A stretch of DNA of 64,000 nt from the human T2T-CHM13v2.0 reference genome, Homo sapiens: assembly GCF_009914755.1 (NCBI RefSeq), contig NC_060935.1; one strand, 5' to 3'. Position 1 is the stretch's first letter. Each line of letters starts with the position of its first letter. Of this stretch, positions 13,883 through 25,965 are shown one piece after another. A program made the translations under genes and the position numbers. Below the pieces are notes generated by a model. The model had not been told where the DNA came from. It worked only from the letters and a program-made list of their open reading frames with translations, and searched no databases.

Positions 13883-14224
13883 TATGTGCCAGGCGATGAC
13901 GGTGAGGTGAGAACCGATGTGACCCATATTCTGCAGATGTTCTTGGAACTTCTGCATCTGACCCTTCTTTGGGGCTTACTAGAATCCGAGGCCAGAGGGG
14001 AGCTTTCTGGCTTCCCAGTCTGTGTTCCAAATGAACTATTTCCAGGGGTTCAGCTCCTCTGAGGGTAGAGGAGTCACCAGCAGGACTCACCTTCGTATTT
14101 AAGGTACAGGACACGAGCAGCAGCTCTGTTTGTACTGTACAAAGAACAGCCTCTTGTAATTTGGTTCTTTTTGAACAGTTGCTAATAATTTTGCACTCAA
14201 TTTCCATTTAAATGGAAACATTAA

Positions 14225-14480
14225 CCTCTGGAGCCTGGAAAGGAGCCTAGAAGGGGCTCATAAGTACAGCTCTTATCTCCATGGCTCAGAGTGTCCCAGG
14301 AGTCAATCCAAACATACTTCTAAATCACTCTCAATAGATGAGGGGTTCAATCCTGTTTTGAAAGACCTTTTCCCTCCCTCCCAGTACAAAGTTCACTTTC
14401 TTGTTTACTCACCTGATTCAATGTCTGGAAGTTCTTCCTTAAGTCTAACCTGAAGTTTTTCTGCTGGAACACAAGCCTTC
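14225..14480 (-). mobile_element. CR1/L3 LINE fragment
   Basis: Minus ORF peptide QQKNFRLDLRKNF matches the CR1 ORF2 C-terminal RFRLDIRKNF motif. Confidence 0.6.
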
Positions 14481-15807
14481 TTTTTCCTGGATCACATGCA
14501 GAAGACATTGGAAACCTACCTCCTGAGCTGATAGTGAAGCTCCTAACAAGTTGGGCAAGTGACCCCAGGTGGAGGCTGGAACAAAGCCCAGGGATCATCG
14601 AAAATAACATTTTGTCAACCAGCAACAAGAAGAATCCAAATGATCCCACATGAGTCACAAAACATTTTCACAGATATTATTCTGTTTTATTTTTGTAATT
14701 CCTCTGTGAAAGAAGTACATCAGTTACCTGATTCTACAGATGAGGAAACTGGAGAATAGAGTTAACCTACATCAATTACAGACTGGCAGGGCTGGAGCCC
14801 CAGAGCCCCTAGCCTGCACTCTGCAATGATTACGAAATGCTGAGAGCTGGTCAGCTTCTATGTCAAGAAATTAATGATAGCGATGATGTAACCTAGAATT
14901 CAGTCACTGGGTATCCCTAAATCCTCCAACTTCCTACTCTAAGATATCAATCAGAATTGGTCTTCACTGCCCCCTCACATGTGGCAGAGAACCCATGCTC
15001 CTCCCAGTCTTTGTCCTGGGTGGCCTGCACCCTAAGACCTTGAATGACTTTTTCTTTTTTTTAATTATTGGTTCTCGCCTTGCATTTTGTCTCCTGTGTT
15101 GGATCTCCCTGTTTTGCAGATATTATCTTCACTTGTGGAGAGGACAAGCAGGGGTCTACAGATGTGAAGTGACACCTGCTTGCTGCATGTGGTTGGGTAG
15201 CTGGGATGCTGCACAAATGTACTGTTGGGAGGGTGGAAATTCAGCCATGCACTGTTTGCCAGATCAGGAACTATGAGATGCTGCATCCAACCAGAATATT
15301 CTCTTATTTACTTGTGCAAAGGGGTGTCTTCTATTTGCACAAAGACACCTTATAGGCTAGAGGTGGCCCTCAGGAACATATTCGAGGTCACACATCCAGA
15401 AAGTCTGTAGCCAGAGTGGAAAGCCAGGTCAGCTTCCATCATCTGGTCTCATGTGCCCTTCTTTCTCCTAGTGCTCAGCTCCTGGAATGGGAGAGGGAGA
15501 CATGGGGGTGGAGGGGAGAGGGGAAGAACTGCCTCCCTGTTCTCAACTTTCCAATCACCCTCTTCAGCCTACTTATCTTCTGTTTCCAATAATGAAGCAA
15601 TCTCTTTGGTCAGCAGCCCCCACCCCCATTCTTTTCTACCACTTGCAGTATGAGTTCTAAAAATAGCAATAATTAGACAAGTCTGCACATCATTCCAGGT
15701 CTTTCTTGTCTTTGTTTAAATTCTGTTGGTTTTATCTCCTATAATTTCTGACTGATCTGGAGGAGCCTGAGCAGTGTGCAGTGATACCATGTGCAGACTA
15801 TGATTAA

Positions 15808-16026
15808 GTGTGGGTATGTGTGTGTGCATGTGTTCACATATGTATGTGTGCTTATATGTGTACATGCATGTATGTTGCATTGTGCACATGTGCAATGTGT
15901 GCATGTATGTATGTGTGTATGTGTATCCCTATGTATGTGTATCCCTATGTGTGTGGATGTGTATCTATATATATATATCTGTGTGTAGTGGGCATGTGTG
16001 TGTGTGGTGCATTTACATGTGTGTAG
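15808..16026. repeat. (TG/TA)-rich degenerate microsatellite
   Basis: Alternating purine-pyrimidine tgtg/tata tract. Confidence 0.9.
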
Positions 16027-16134
16027 TGGGTTTTGCGATCAGGAGGAGGCAGAAAGGAGTGTGGACCCATTATCTGTTGTTATGCATTAGTTGTCCCTCT
16101 GAGGATCCTTGACACACAGGGATCCTCTCCTGGA

Positions 16135-16595
16135 TGTTGGTACCCAGTCAGGTATTTTCCGTTTGCTCCTCCAGATTCTCTCTCCAGCCCTCTCAGCTCT
16201 GCTCTCTTTCCTGGGGCTGACTTGATGGATCACAGCAATGGTTCCTTGAATTCTAGATTTCTGTCGAGGTTGGCCAAGGAGGAGTGCAGGTGGTCAACTG
16301 GAGGAAAAGGGACATGTAGGGTCAGGGCATTTATTCCCCTGGCCTCTTTCCCGCAGACTTGCCTTGGGCTGGTGGTCTTCCTTGATCACTGCGCCTCTCA
16401 AGGAAGCCCTCTCTGCAAGCTTATTTCTTTTGGGTTCTGGTCACTGCCCCTTCCTTTATTCCTCTGGATTAATGCATTCTCCCTTTCCCCCCGTGCCCTG
16501 CCTACATTTCTGTAAACAGTCTTTCATTAAAGCCTCCTCAAGTAGTCCTAATTTGAGTGTGCTATGTGTTTTCTGTTAGAATCCCGACTGATACA
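16135..16595 (+). mobile_element. LTR33-like ERVL LTR
   Basis: tttgctcctccagattctctctcca...ggtcagggcatttattcccctgg...tttgagtgtgctatgtgttttctg...gactgataca. Confidence 0.72.
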
Positions 16596-17202
16596 AAATT
16601 CTCTTGGTCACTGCCGTTGGCTAGTTAGATTGTAACCCATATGGTGGTCTCCATTTGTCTCTGTCCTTCAATATCTGCGTCTGGCCCCTACCTCTGTGGA
16701 GGAAAAGGTTGGGCAATAAGCTTTACTGTTTCTTCAGCTGAGCTATTTGGTACAGGCTGCTGCTTCTCTGACCAGTGGAGCTGCCATTCTGCTGGGAAGG
16801 AGGGCATCCTCTCTCTCCTGCCTGTTGCAAGTATTTCCTCACCTATTTTTCCCAAAGGGTATATCTACTGGATCAGTAAGACGGATTAAGAAGATTTTTA
16901 CTCAGGAATCAAGTGTTATTACCCTGGTCAATTGTCTACCTCCCTCATTTCCACACTTAGAGCAAAGCCTTGCTGCCAAGCTCTCTGGGATCTTCCACAC
17001 CGACACTGCTGGGCCTTCGGTGGATTTCCAGCCTTGACCACAATGTTACTCCTTTCCTCCCTATTTTCTTTTAATCCTTTCTTCCTCTGATGTACTGCTT
17101 CCAGTTATTTTTCTCCCTAGACATTACCTGTTCCTAAAGAAAGAGCAAAGCCCATGTTCATTTAGTGCTTCCTTTTCTTTGGGTAGGTTTCAGTCTTGGT
17201 AT

Positions 17203-17787
17203 TGTAGGGGAGGAAAAGCTTTTTCTATACACTCTTATGTCCTGTACCTGGGGATGGGCAAATTAAACTGACAAAAGACAGATCAGCAAGAGAAAAGAAA
17301 GAGCTTATTTATGCACACAAAATGTGTACACATGGACACAGTGTACTCAGTGATGTGTAACTCAAAGGGATGGTTAGAATTTGGAGCTTATATACCTAAT
17401 TTAGGAGAAAAGGTAGGGAGAGCAAAGGCTTCTATGGGAAGGACAAATAGGTTTCTTTAGGAAAGACAAATGGGTTTTTAGGAGAACAAATAGGAGGTAA
17501 AGTTTAAGATAATGTTTATGCAGGTGTGGTGGTCTCTCTGTCTTCTTTATGGCCATACAACTCCCCCGGAGAGGAGATTTATGGTAGATTTATTCTTGGT
17601 TTCTCTCCTGGGAATAGACTTGCCCCAAAGAGGGAATTTATGGCAGTTCTCATTTCTCAGAAGTATCTCTGTTGAATCAGATAAGGGAAGCTCTGAGAAG
17701 TCATCTTTCTCTATCTGTTGAATCTCAAATATCTTCAGCTTAAAATAATGTTGATGCCAAGTCTGGGATTCTAAGTGAGTCCACACA
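17203..17787 (-). mobile_element. MER31/MER67-type ERV1 solo LTR
   Basis: tgtaggggaggaaaa start, aactgacaaaagacagat, cttcagcttaaaataat; TG...CA ends. Confidence 0.72.
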
Positions 17788-18281
17788 GTGTACACTGCAG
17801 GTTAGTAGCTTTTCCCTTTGGTCTGCTGTCTACTGGCTCTGTATGGGAAGGATGGACCCTGGCCTCAGTAGCTACTGGTTCCACAGGTAGATGGGGAAGG
17901 AAGGGTGAATTCTGGGCCCACGAATGGGAGTAACGTGGTTGTGGTGGCAGTGTTGGGAGAAGAAGGTCCATTTTGAATAATGGCTTGTTCTTCCCTGCTA
18001 ATGTCTTCTAAGTTAAACACGTCTCCCTACAATAGGGATTAACTTCCTTCCACAACCTTCACTTGGGAAATTATATTCTTCTTAGCAACTTAATTTCATC
18101 TTTATTTCTTGTGAAAATTTTCTTCCTCCTGTTTTGCATTACATGGCAAAGCTCCTTTTTATTTCATGATAATTAAGGGTATTGTTTCTAAACCCCTTCT
18201 TCCAAATTCTAGGGTGGAGAAATCCATTTTACTCCACTATAAGGGCTAGAGGGCAGAGGGCCTCTGAAGTGAGAACACTTT

Positions 18282-18734
18282 TGTGATGGTCAATTTTATG
18301 TGTCAACTTGACTAAGCTCAGTTGTATAGTCAAACACCAGTCTAGATATTGCTGTGAGGGAAGTTTTCAGATGTGAGTAACATTTAAATCAGCAGACTTT
18401 GAATAAAGCAGATTATCTTCCACAATGTGGGTGGGTGTCATCTCATCAGCTGACAGGCCTTAAGAGCAAAGACTGAGGCTTCTGGAAGAGGAAGCAATTT
18501 GGTCTTAAGATTGCAACACAGAAACCCTTCCTGAGGTTCCAACCTGCTGCTGCCTGGAGGAATTCAGCCTCAGGCTGCAACATCAGCTTTTATCTATGTC
18601 TTCAGGCTGCTAACAAGTCCTACAACTTTGGACTTTATAGCCACCTGAATTGTGTGAGTCAATTCCTTAAAATAAATCTCTCTCTATATCTATACCCTAT
18701 TGGTCTGTTTCTCTGTAGAACACTGACTAATACC
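18282..18734 (+). mobile_element. MLT2 (ERVL) solo LTR
   Basis: tgtgatggtcaattttatgtgtcaacttgact...ccttaaaataaatctc...ctattggtctgtttctctg...ctgactaatac. Confidence 0.88.
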
Positions 18735-19886
18735 ATCTTACTCTCCATTGCCTTCCTCAAAAGAACTCACAGGGTGTGTGTTTCTGCCAAGTCACCTGTC
18801 CTAGGAACAGAGAGCTTTGTTTAAGTCTCAGGAGCCCGGGAGAAGAGAAGGGGATAAAGTGGGCAGGTATGTGTGGATGAATTCATAACTAAACTTCACA
18901 CTCCTAAAGATGTAACGATGGTTACCCAAGTAATTTGGAATACCTGGAGGGCAGAGCCACACCCTCTGTATCCTGTCTTGACTTTCAGGAGCCCTCAAAT
19001 CAGAGTGAATGTTGGTAGGGGAGAAAGTGGGTGAAAGCAGCAAAGATTGGTGAAGCGTCTGGAGCTGGCTGGAGGCTCCGAGGGGATGCACAGCAGAACG
19101 CTCAGGGCCTTTCCCTACTGGGAGGAGTGTGACAGAGAGGAGCCCTGCAACTGTTGCCGACCACAATTGGAAGTGATGAGCAATCTGGTAAAGAGCATTG
19201 GAGAGGGAGCTAGTAGTCTGGGTTCCTCACCCAGTCCTCACATGACATTTGGATCTTTTCTGTCTCTCTCTCTGCAGGGGCTTACACAGCTCTGCACACC
19301 CAGCAGACACTGACAACTGCTACCCAGCTCCAGCTACTTAGAACATGGGAATAGAAACTCTTGATTCGTGCTTTCTTGCATTATCACAGACCAAAGGAAC
19401 TCAATGCAATTTTTTTAAAAAACCATCTGATTTAGCAAATTCCAAGTGACAGTCATCAGCTAGCCCTTCTCAGTTGGGATAAGGCCTTACTAGGTTCTGG
19501 TCAGAGAGCAAATGAGACCCAGAGGAGAGAGAAGGTTTACAGTATGGCAGTTTGCCCACATCTGCAGCCTGGAAGGAGTTAGGAAAATTCAGCAGGCTGG
19601 GAAGACGTTGAGACTATCGATTTGTGCAGAGAGTTAGCAAAATGCTGTGCATACTTTATTATTAATGATGACTTTTTCACAAGTTCATGCCTCATTCTGG
19701 TGCATCCTCTTCTGTCCTGCTTTCTTCTGCACTCAGTGTGGAAGTCAATGGGGGTGTGGTTCCAAAGGAATGAAAGAGAGGATCAAATTAGCTTGAGACA
19801 CAGCTGTTTGGTTGGCTGAGGCTAAGCCGGAACTAAAAAAAGGATGCTTTCCTTGGTCTAATCCCAACAAATCCACACTAACATTT

Positions 19887-20223
19887 TGTTACCAGTGGAG
19901 GGTGTCCAGGTTCTTGGCATCTTGAACAAAGAATTGGGCAAAACACACAAAGCAAGGAAAGAATGAAGCAACAAAAGCAGAGATTTATTGAAAATGAAAG
20001 TATGCTCCTCAGGGTGGGAGTGGGCCTGAGCATAGGGGCTCAAGGGCCCCGTTATGGATTTTTTGGGGGTTTAAAAACCCTCTATAGGTTTCCATTGGTT
20101 ACTTGGTGTATGTCCTATGTAAATGAAGTGGATATTTCCTGTCATAGCTGAAGTGTTTCCATTTGATTTAGTTCTAGGAAATGCTTAGGTTTCCCGCCTT
20201 CCAGACCCTATTCTCCTTCCTTG
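19887..20223 (-). mobile_element. MER51 (A-like) ERV1 solo LTR
   Basis: tgttaccagtggagggtgtccaggttcttggcatcttgaacaaagaattg...ccagaccctattctcc; 4-bp TSD attt. Confidence 0.88.
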
Positions 20224-20954
20224 ATTTGATTTGAATTTGTTCCTCTTCAGGAATTCACCCATGTACATCGAGCACCTAGAACAGTGTCAGGCACATGGAA
20301 AATGCTCAAATGTTTGCTGAAGTAATGTTCGAGGTCTAGTGAGGAGTGCAGGAGGAGGCATGGGGAAGATGTGCAACTTGCTCCCTGTGTGTACCTTGGC
20401 CGGGCCTCTGAACTTTCTCAATCTCGTTTTCCTTTTCTGTGGGTGTGATGAGAATGACTAGCATCTAAATGCTAGTCATGAAAGACGAGAATGATGATGA
20501 TAATGATAGCACCTAAACTACAGAACTCAATCCATGGTAATTCTACTTTCTTTCCCTTTTCTTGGGAAGAGGGTAGAACATTAACTAATATCAAAATTGA
20601 CCAAACAAGCTGTTGCCCTGTCTACACCATAAAATGTAAGCATCAGTAAATGTTAAATGAAATGCATGAAGGAAAAAATGAATAGGTGAGAAGGGGCCTT
20701 ATAAATTTTGTAATGCAGGAGTTTGAAAATATTTTTCTTTTAAAGCAGGAGAAGTCCCTTATTAAACAAAAGCTCACATGGAAGCCCAGGATATAAAACT
20801 AACAAAACCACATCCTGCTGTGATTGAAGTGGATGGGGGTGGGGTGGTGGAATGGCCCTGGGGGCATTTCTAGTTCTGTGGTCTCTTTTTAGGGCTTCCC
20901 TCCCCCCGCCCAACTCCACTACCCCCCAACCATCACACCATCTCTGGCCTTGGG

Positions 20955-21374
20955 CTCTGGTTTGCTAGTAAATATTTAACAACTGGCTCTGGGGTTGGGG
21001 AGCCCTGATTTGTCGCATTTTCAGATTTCTGTGGTGTGAATATTTCCACTGCTTTAAGCTACTGATGTGGCAAGACTGAAGGTAGAGTTGGGACTGCTGC
21101 TCAGAATTATATGCACCATTATACAGTTATTTCACCAAACCTACAATTGCTGTAAACAACCTCAAGGGTATTAAGAATTTGATGTAGTAAATTAATTGAG
21201 TGGTAAATTCTGAATACTTACTACCTTTGTTTTTAATATAATTTAATTATAAGTTTATATGCACGTAATTTAATTTTTTATAATGACTTCAATTAAGAAC
21301 AGGAAAGCAAAATTTTCAAAAATTGAGCAACTGGCTTTTAGGAGCTAGTATCAGCTGGGTCCAGCACACCACTG
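20955..21374 (-). mobile_element. MER63 (hAT-Blackjack) DNA element
   Basis: gctagtaaatatttaacaactggctct start and ccagcacaccactg terminus. Confidence 0.75.
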
Positions 21375-21540
21375 CCTCTGGGACATCTCTTTTGAAACCT
21401 TGGGTTCCAAAGAATACACTTTGAATGATTGATGTATAACTCTTAACATTAGAAGGTAGGAAAAATGAGAGGTTATGACTTTATGAGGGTCATAGAACTA
21501 GTAGTTATTTTACTCTAGAGCTAGACATTATTCCTTTTCC

Positions 21541-21970
21541 TGTGGTAGAGAACCTACTCTTCTTGCCTTCTGAGACATGCAATTAAACTATATCTCACAA
21601 CTCCTCTTCCATCTAGGTGAACCACTTGGCTGAACTCTGGCAAATGGGTTTTGACTATAAATGATGTGCACCACTTCTAGACTTGTCTAGTTACAAAACA
21701 TCTTGTGTGATCCTCTGTGCTCTTTCCTGATCCCCAGCCAAGTGGAAGAAGCCAAGTGAAGGGCTATGGGGACCTAGAAGATGGAGTCGTCACACAGTGG
21801 AAGAATTGCAGATCTCTGAGTCACCATTTGGACAAGAACCTACTAGAACAGGTGCCTGAACAAGAACACTGGACTTTGTGTGAGTGAGAAACAAACTTTT
21901 ATTGTGTTAAGCCACCGAGATTTTGGGTTGGTTTTTATAGTAGCTGGTGTTGCTTACACTGACTAATACA
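21541..21970 (+). mobile_element. MLT1I/J-like solo LTR
   Basis: tgtgg start; gagaaacaaacttttattgtgttaagccaccgagattttggg...gactaataca end. Confidence 0.78.
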
Positions 21971-22055
21971 TCTTGAAAGTAAATGATGCAAAACAATTCT
22001 ACTTATTCACAGGGGGTGGTATTTATAAGGGAAAAGAATAACAGGGTGGTGTCAG

Positions 22056-22421
22056 TGATGGGTCCTGATAAGTAAGCAACAACAAGGAAGGGGCCCCAGG
22101 TAGGGAAGAACAATTGTTCTGAGAGACTGTTAATCACAAACAACCTGCTAGCCCCACATCCTGTTCTCAAATACTTTGCTCAGCATGTAGCCCCAGCAGC
22201 ATGACTTTGTCTGCATGTAGACCCTCCAGCATGACCCTATAAAATTTCCCTCCAGCCACTGCCTCTTGGCAGACAGTCCCTTCTCTGCTGTGCTGCCCAC
22301 TGCTTTCTTACAACGTTATCTTTGTACTTTCTCTAATAAATCTGCCTTTCTTTACCCACAACTGTCTTGAAAAATTATTTTGCTGTTCATGATGCCAGCC
22401 CCAGCCAGTTGACCAACAAGA
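22056..22421 (+). mobile_element. ERVL-type solo LTR (subfamily uncertain)
   Basis: TATA box (ctataaaa), aataaa polyA signal, 5-bp TSD gtcag at 22051-22055 and 22422-22426. Confidence 0.7.
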
Positions 22422-22583
22422 GTCAGTGGTAGGGGGAGGAATTAAGTCATCCAAAGGATAAAAAACTCTATGGAGTGTAATGAAAGAGCACAGGAGAGCA
22501 ATCTAGCAGACTAATGAGTCTGGGGGATCTTGCATGAAATGACTGTGGGTGAGAATAATAACGATGATATTAACACAGATGAT

Positions 22584-23170
22584 TGTAGTGGTCAGGACTC
22601 TTCAGGCACAAGTAACAGACACCAATTTGAGCCAGCTTATGCTTGGAAAAGGAACCTTATTTTAGGTACACAGGAGCATCTCATGGAGGCCAATGGCAGG
22701 AACACAGCTTCTGAAGGGTCTGGAATCAGGACCTGGGAATCACAGGGACCCTGCCACTGTTTCTTGTCTCCATCTTCATGTCTGCTTTGTTGCAGACCAC
22801 CTTATCAGTGACCACCTCCTGCCCCATAGTGAGTGAAAGGTGGCTATCTCCCAGCTCCTAGATTCACTGTTAAAAGCTTAGCCAGCCACAGACTGAACTG
22901 CATCTCTCTTTGGCCTAATTCCACACATACCAAATTAGCTCTCTTTAGATCATAATTCCAGAGTCCATAAAGAGAGACTCTAGTTGGTCTAGCTTGGTCA
23001 GGTTTCCACCCTGGTCTAATGTGCTATGACCAGAAGGTCAAGTGTATACAGTATGAACATGGCTGAAAGGGGCCTTCCCTCTAGACAGAGGGAGCCAATT
23101 CCCCAAGAAAGTGAGGTCATTGTTGACTCAAGGTGGCTCCTGAATATTTCTGTAGGCAGAAACATCCCAC
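22584..23170 (-). mobile_element. Old MLT1 (K/L-like) LTR
   Basis: gtcaggactcttcaggcacaagtaacagacacc...gagagagactctagttggtctagcttggtcagg. Confidence 0.55.
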
Positions 23171-23494
23171 CAGGAAGAGGGAGGAAGGGGCGGGGTTGTA
23201 TATGCACAATTCTTCTCCCAAACTCACCCACCAGTCAGGTAACTGACTCCATCTCCTTGTGGAGGGGTTAGGGATAGAGGAGAGAAGGTCAGAGTGTTAC
23301 TCTGGAGAGCTTCCTCCATCCAGAGGGAACCATCATGAGTGGGAAAGATGGGTTCAACCTGCTATCAATAACGTTTAGAAAGTGTCAACCACAGTCCTGA
23401 CACAGAGTGAACAGTCAGTGTAGGTCAGATCCCTTTCTCTCCCTGCCCCACCCCCAACATTCTCTCTTCTTATCACTTGATTTCTTGCCACTGA

Positions 23495-23725
23495 CAGTGA
23501 TAGTGCCACATGGAGCCATATTGAAGCCTGAGGTGAAAGGGAAAATAAATGACAGTAATCTGGTCCTGTCTTGATTTTGTTCTTCATAAAGTACTTGCAT
23601 TGATTTTGACTCTTAAAATATTGTATTAACATATTCTTTGCCTTGATTACTGAGTATTTGGCACCCTCTTACATTTTGTGCCCAAGTCAAGTGCCTTGCT
23701 CACTTCAGCCTGGTACCAGCCCCAC
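23495..23725. mobile_element. MER96B-like hAT DNA element
   Basis: cttgattactgagtatttggcaccc...ttttgtgcccaagtcaagtgccttgctcac...ccagccc. Confidence 0.55.
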
Positions 23726-23860
23726 TTGTCAGAGGCAGTTGAAAAGTACCCCAGGATACATTTCCTTCCACAACAACCAGCCCTTCCTGACTCTCTGATT
23801 TAAGGTTTAATTTAATATGTTTTTGAAAAATAAAATTTTTTTTTCACTTATGTGTACAGG

Positions 23861-24761
23861 TGGTGCAGGATATTTCCCTGACCCCTTTGCAAGACTTGTG
23901 ACAGGGGTACCTTGTGTACTTAGCCTGCAGCATTCAACTCCTCGTGGGAGGGAGTGCATGAGTGAACAAGGTGGGAACTAGAGTGCACAAGCACTGGAAC
24001 CAGCAGGCTACTGCCACACTGGCAGAGGTGAACTCCACTCACCAAGACACACTGTGTTCCACCCCTCGTGGGAGGGAGCATGCAGATGAGCAGGTGCAGG
24101 AGCTTGGGAGAGTGTTTTTGGGCACTGGCAGGAGCAAACTCTGTGCGGTCCCAGCAGCAGCATCTAGTGGGGTGTTCATGACCCCTAAGTCCCCAGAGGG
24201 CATGTTACAGTGCTCTTTTAGCTCTGCCATCCATGGACAGCTTAAGTGTTAACAGTTCAGTTGGCCCTTTTATATTTGCACACTTGGCTTCTGAGCTCTT
24301 CCAATGTCCAGGAAAAATGAGGTTGCACAAACAAATTGAAGGATGGTAAATGTGGGGGATTTTATTGCTGATGAAAGTGGCTCTCAGCTAGAAGGGGAGC
24401 TGAAAAGGGAGTGGGGTGGGAAGGAAATCTTCTCCTGAGCTCCAGCCATCTTCAGCCAGATTCTTCTCCACAGTTACGCCATCAAGCTGTCCCTCTGCAG
24501 TCAAACTGCTTCTCTCTAATGCCCAGCCATAGTCCCCAATGTCCAGCTGCTTCACCTCTCTGCCAGCTGAGTCTGAAGTTTTTATAGGCACAGGATTGGG
24601 TGGCGGAGTGGGCCATGGGTGATTTAGGAAAAGGCAACATTCGAGCAGGAAAACAGGGATGTCAGTTCTCACTTTGGGCCATGGTTTCAGGCTTGAGGGT
24701 GGGGTTTTGTTGGGGACCTGCCCTTTTCTGCCTAGAATTTCTCTGCCTTCTGTCCTTATCA
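23861..24761 (-). mobile_element. LTR27/LTR28-type ERV1 solo LTR
   Basis: Reverse strand starts tgataaggacagaaggcagagaaattctaggcagaaaagggc; ggcccaaagtgagaactgacatccctgttttcc; internal cctcgtgggagggag repeats. Confidence 0.85.
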
Positions 24762-24869
24762 CATGCACAGTGTCATTGAAGTTATCCAAGAAACTAGTAA
24801 TAGATGTTGCTCCTACGAGGGAAAATGGCAATGAGAGGGAGGAAGGGATATATATTTTGCCTTAGAAAT

Positions 24870-25965
24870 GTATTTTTAATTTTTTAAGGAAAGCCTAATT
24901 AAGATGATTTCTTTACTACAAAAGCAATACTTGTTCACTATAAAAAATTAGAAAATACAGATAAAGCAGGAAACAGAAACTATAAACTGTAGGGGAGAAA
25001 ACATTTCTTTTCTTTATCTTTTTTGGTTCTAAGTTGAGATACACTCCTGAAAACAAAAGTCAGACTAACAAAAGAAAAACAAGCAGAAGTTTATTAACAT
25101 GTGCTGTACCCATCACACAGAAGAGGCCTCAGTTCAAAACTCTTTTTCTCTCTCAAGGCAGCGGCTTTAGAGGCCTTGCTTAAATAGTATTTTAACAAAG
25201 AGCCATAAATTCTATTCAATGACAAGACAAAGAGGAGAGTATCTTCAGGCTTCCAAAAGGCAGGAAAATGTGGGAAGGTAGATTTACAGTAAGAGTAAAG
25301 TCAGCTCCCAGATCCTCTGGCGGCTGCTGTCTCTGAGCTCTGCTTCTGAGCTGATAAGCAAATGTAAGGAAGGGGCCTACCTGTGGGTACGGAAGGCAGA
25401 GAGGAGGAGCAAAGCATGCCCTGCATTTCAATCTTTTTTAGCTCAATAGTCTCCAGCATTTTAGAGAGAAATATTTTGGTTTCCTTCAAAACATTAATAA
25501 CTCACCATTCCACTAATACATACCTTGGTGTTTATCTTTTTTATTCATATATGTAGATTTTACAAAAATAGTATGGTTTTGAATAATATTTGCGGTCTTC
25601 TTTTTCCATTTAAAATACATTGCGTATCAATGTCTAAGTTAGTAAATACTTCTCTACATCATTATTTTTAGGGGTTCACATTTTGACTGTGTCACAGTAT
25701 TTGACCAACTCCCTATTGCTGGACATTGAATCTTTTCCCCAGTTTTCATGATTGTAAACAGTGCTGAGCCAAACATCCTAGCTGTGTAATCTTTTGGCAC
25801 GTGTCTAATTGCTTCCCTAGGATGAATTCCTAGAACAGGACTTGCTGGGTCCAAGCGAATGCCCTCACGTAGAGGTTTTTTAAAAAAATACTTGCTGCCA
25901 AGGTACCCTCTAAAAAGCCTGTGCTGGTTTATACTCTAACAATGTGTATGAGTCCCATTGTCAGT
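24870..25965 (-). mobile_element. Old L1 (L1ME-like) 3' fragment split by an LTR
   Basis: ORF 25654-25854 DPASPVLGIHPRE...RMFGSALFTI resembles the L1 ORF2 C-terminus ([11 protein letters not shown]...RMFIAALFTI). Confidence 0.75.
24988..25488 (-). mobile_element. MER31/MER67-type ERV1 solo LTR
   Basis: tgtaggggag...aatattttggtttccttca; perfect 4-bp TSD aaac (24984-24987, 25489-25492). Confidence 0.8.

Noticed and set aside
16033-16515. 160-aa ORF as a coding exon
   Set aside because: It lies mostly in an LTR33-like element, has a non-ATG start, and shows no recognisable domain or splice context.
23930-24100. Repeated cctcgtgggagggag blocks as a novel repeat
   Set aside because: They are internal repeats within the LTR27/28-type element.
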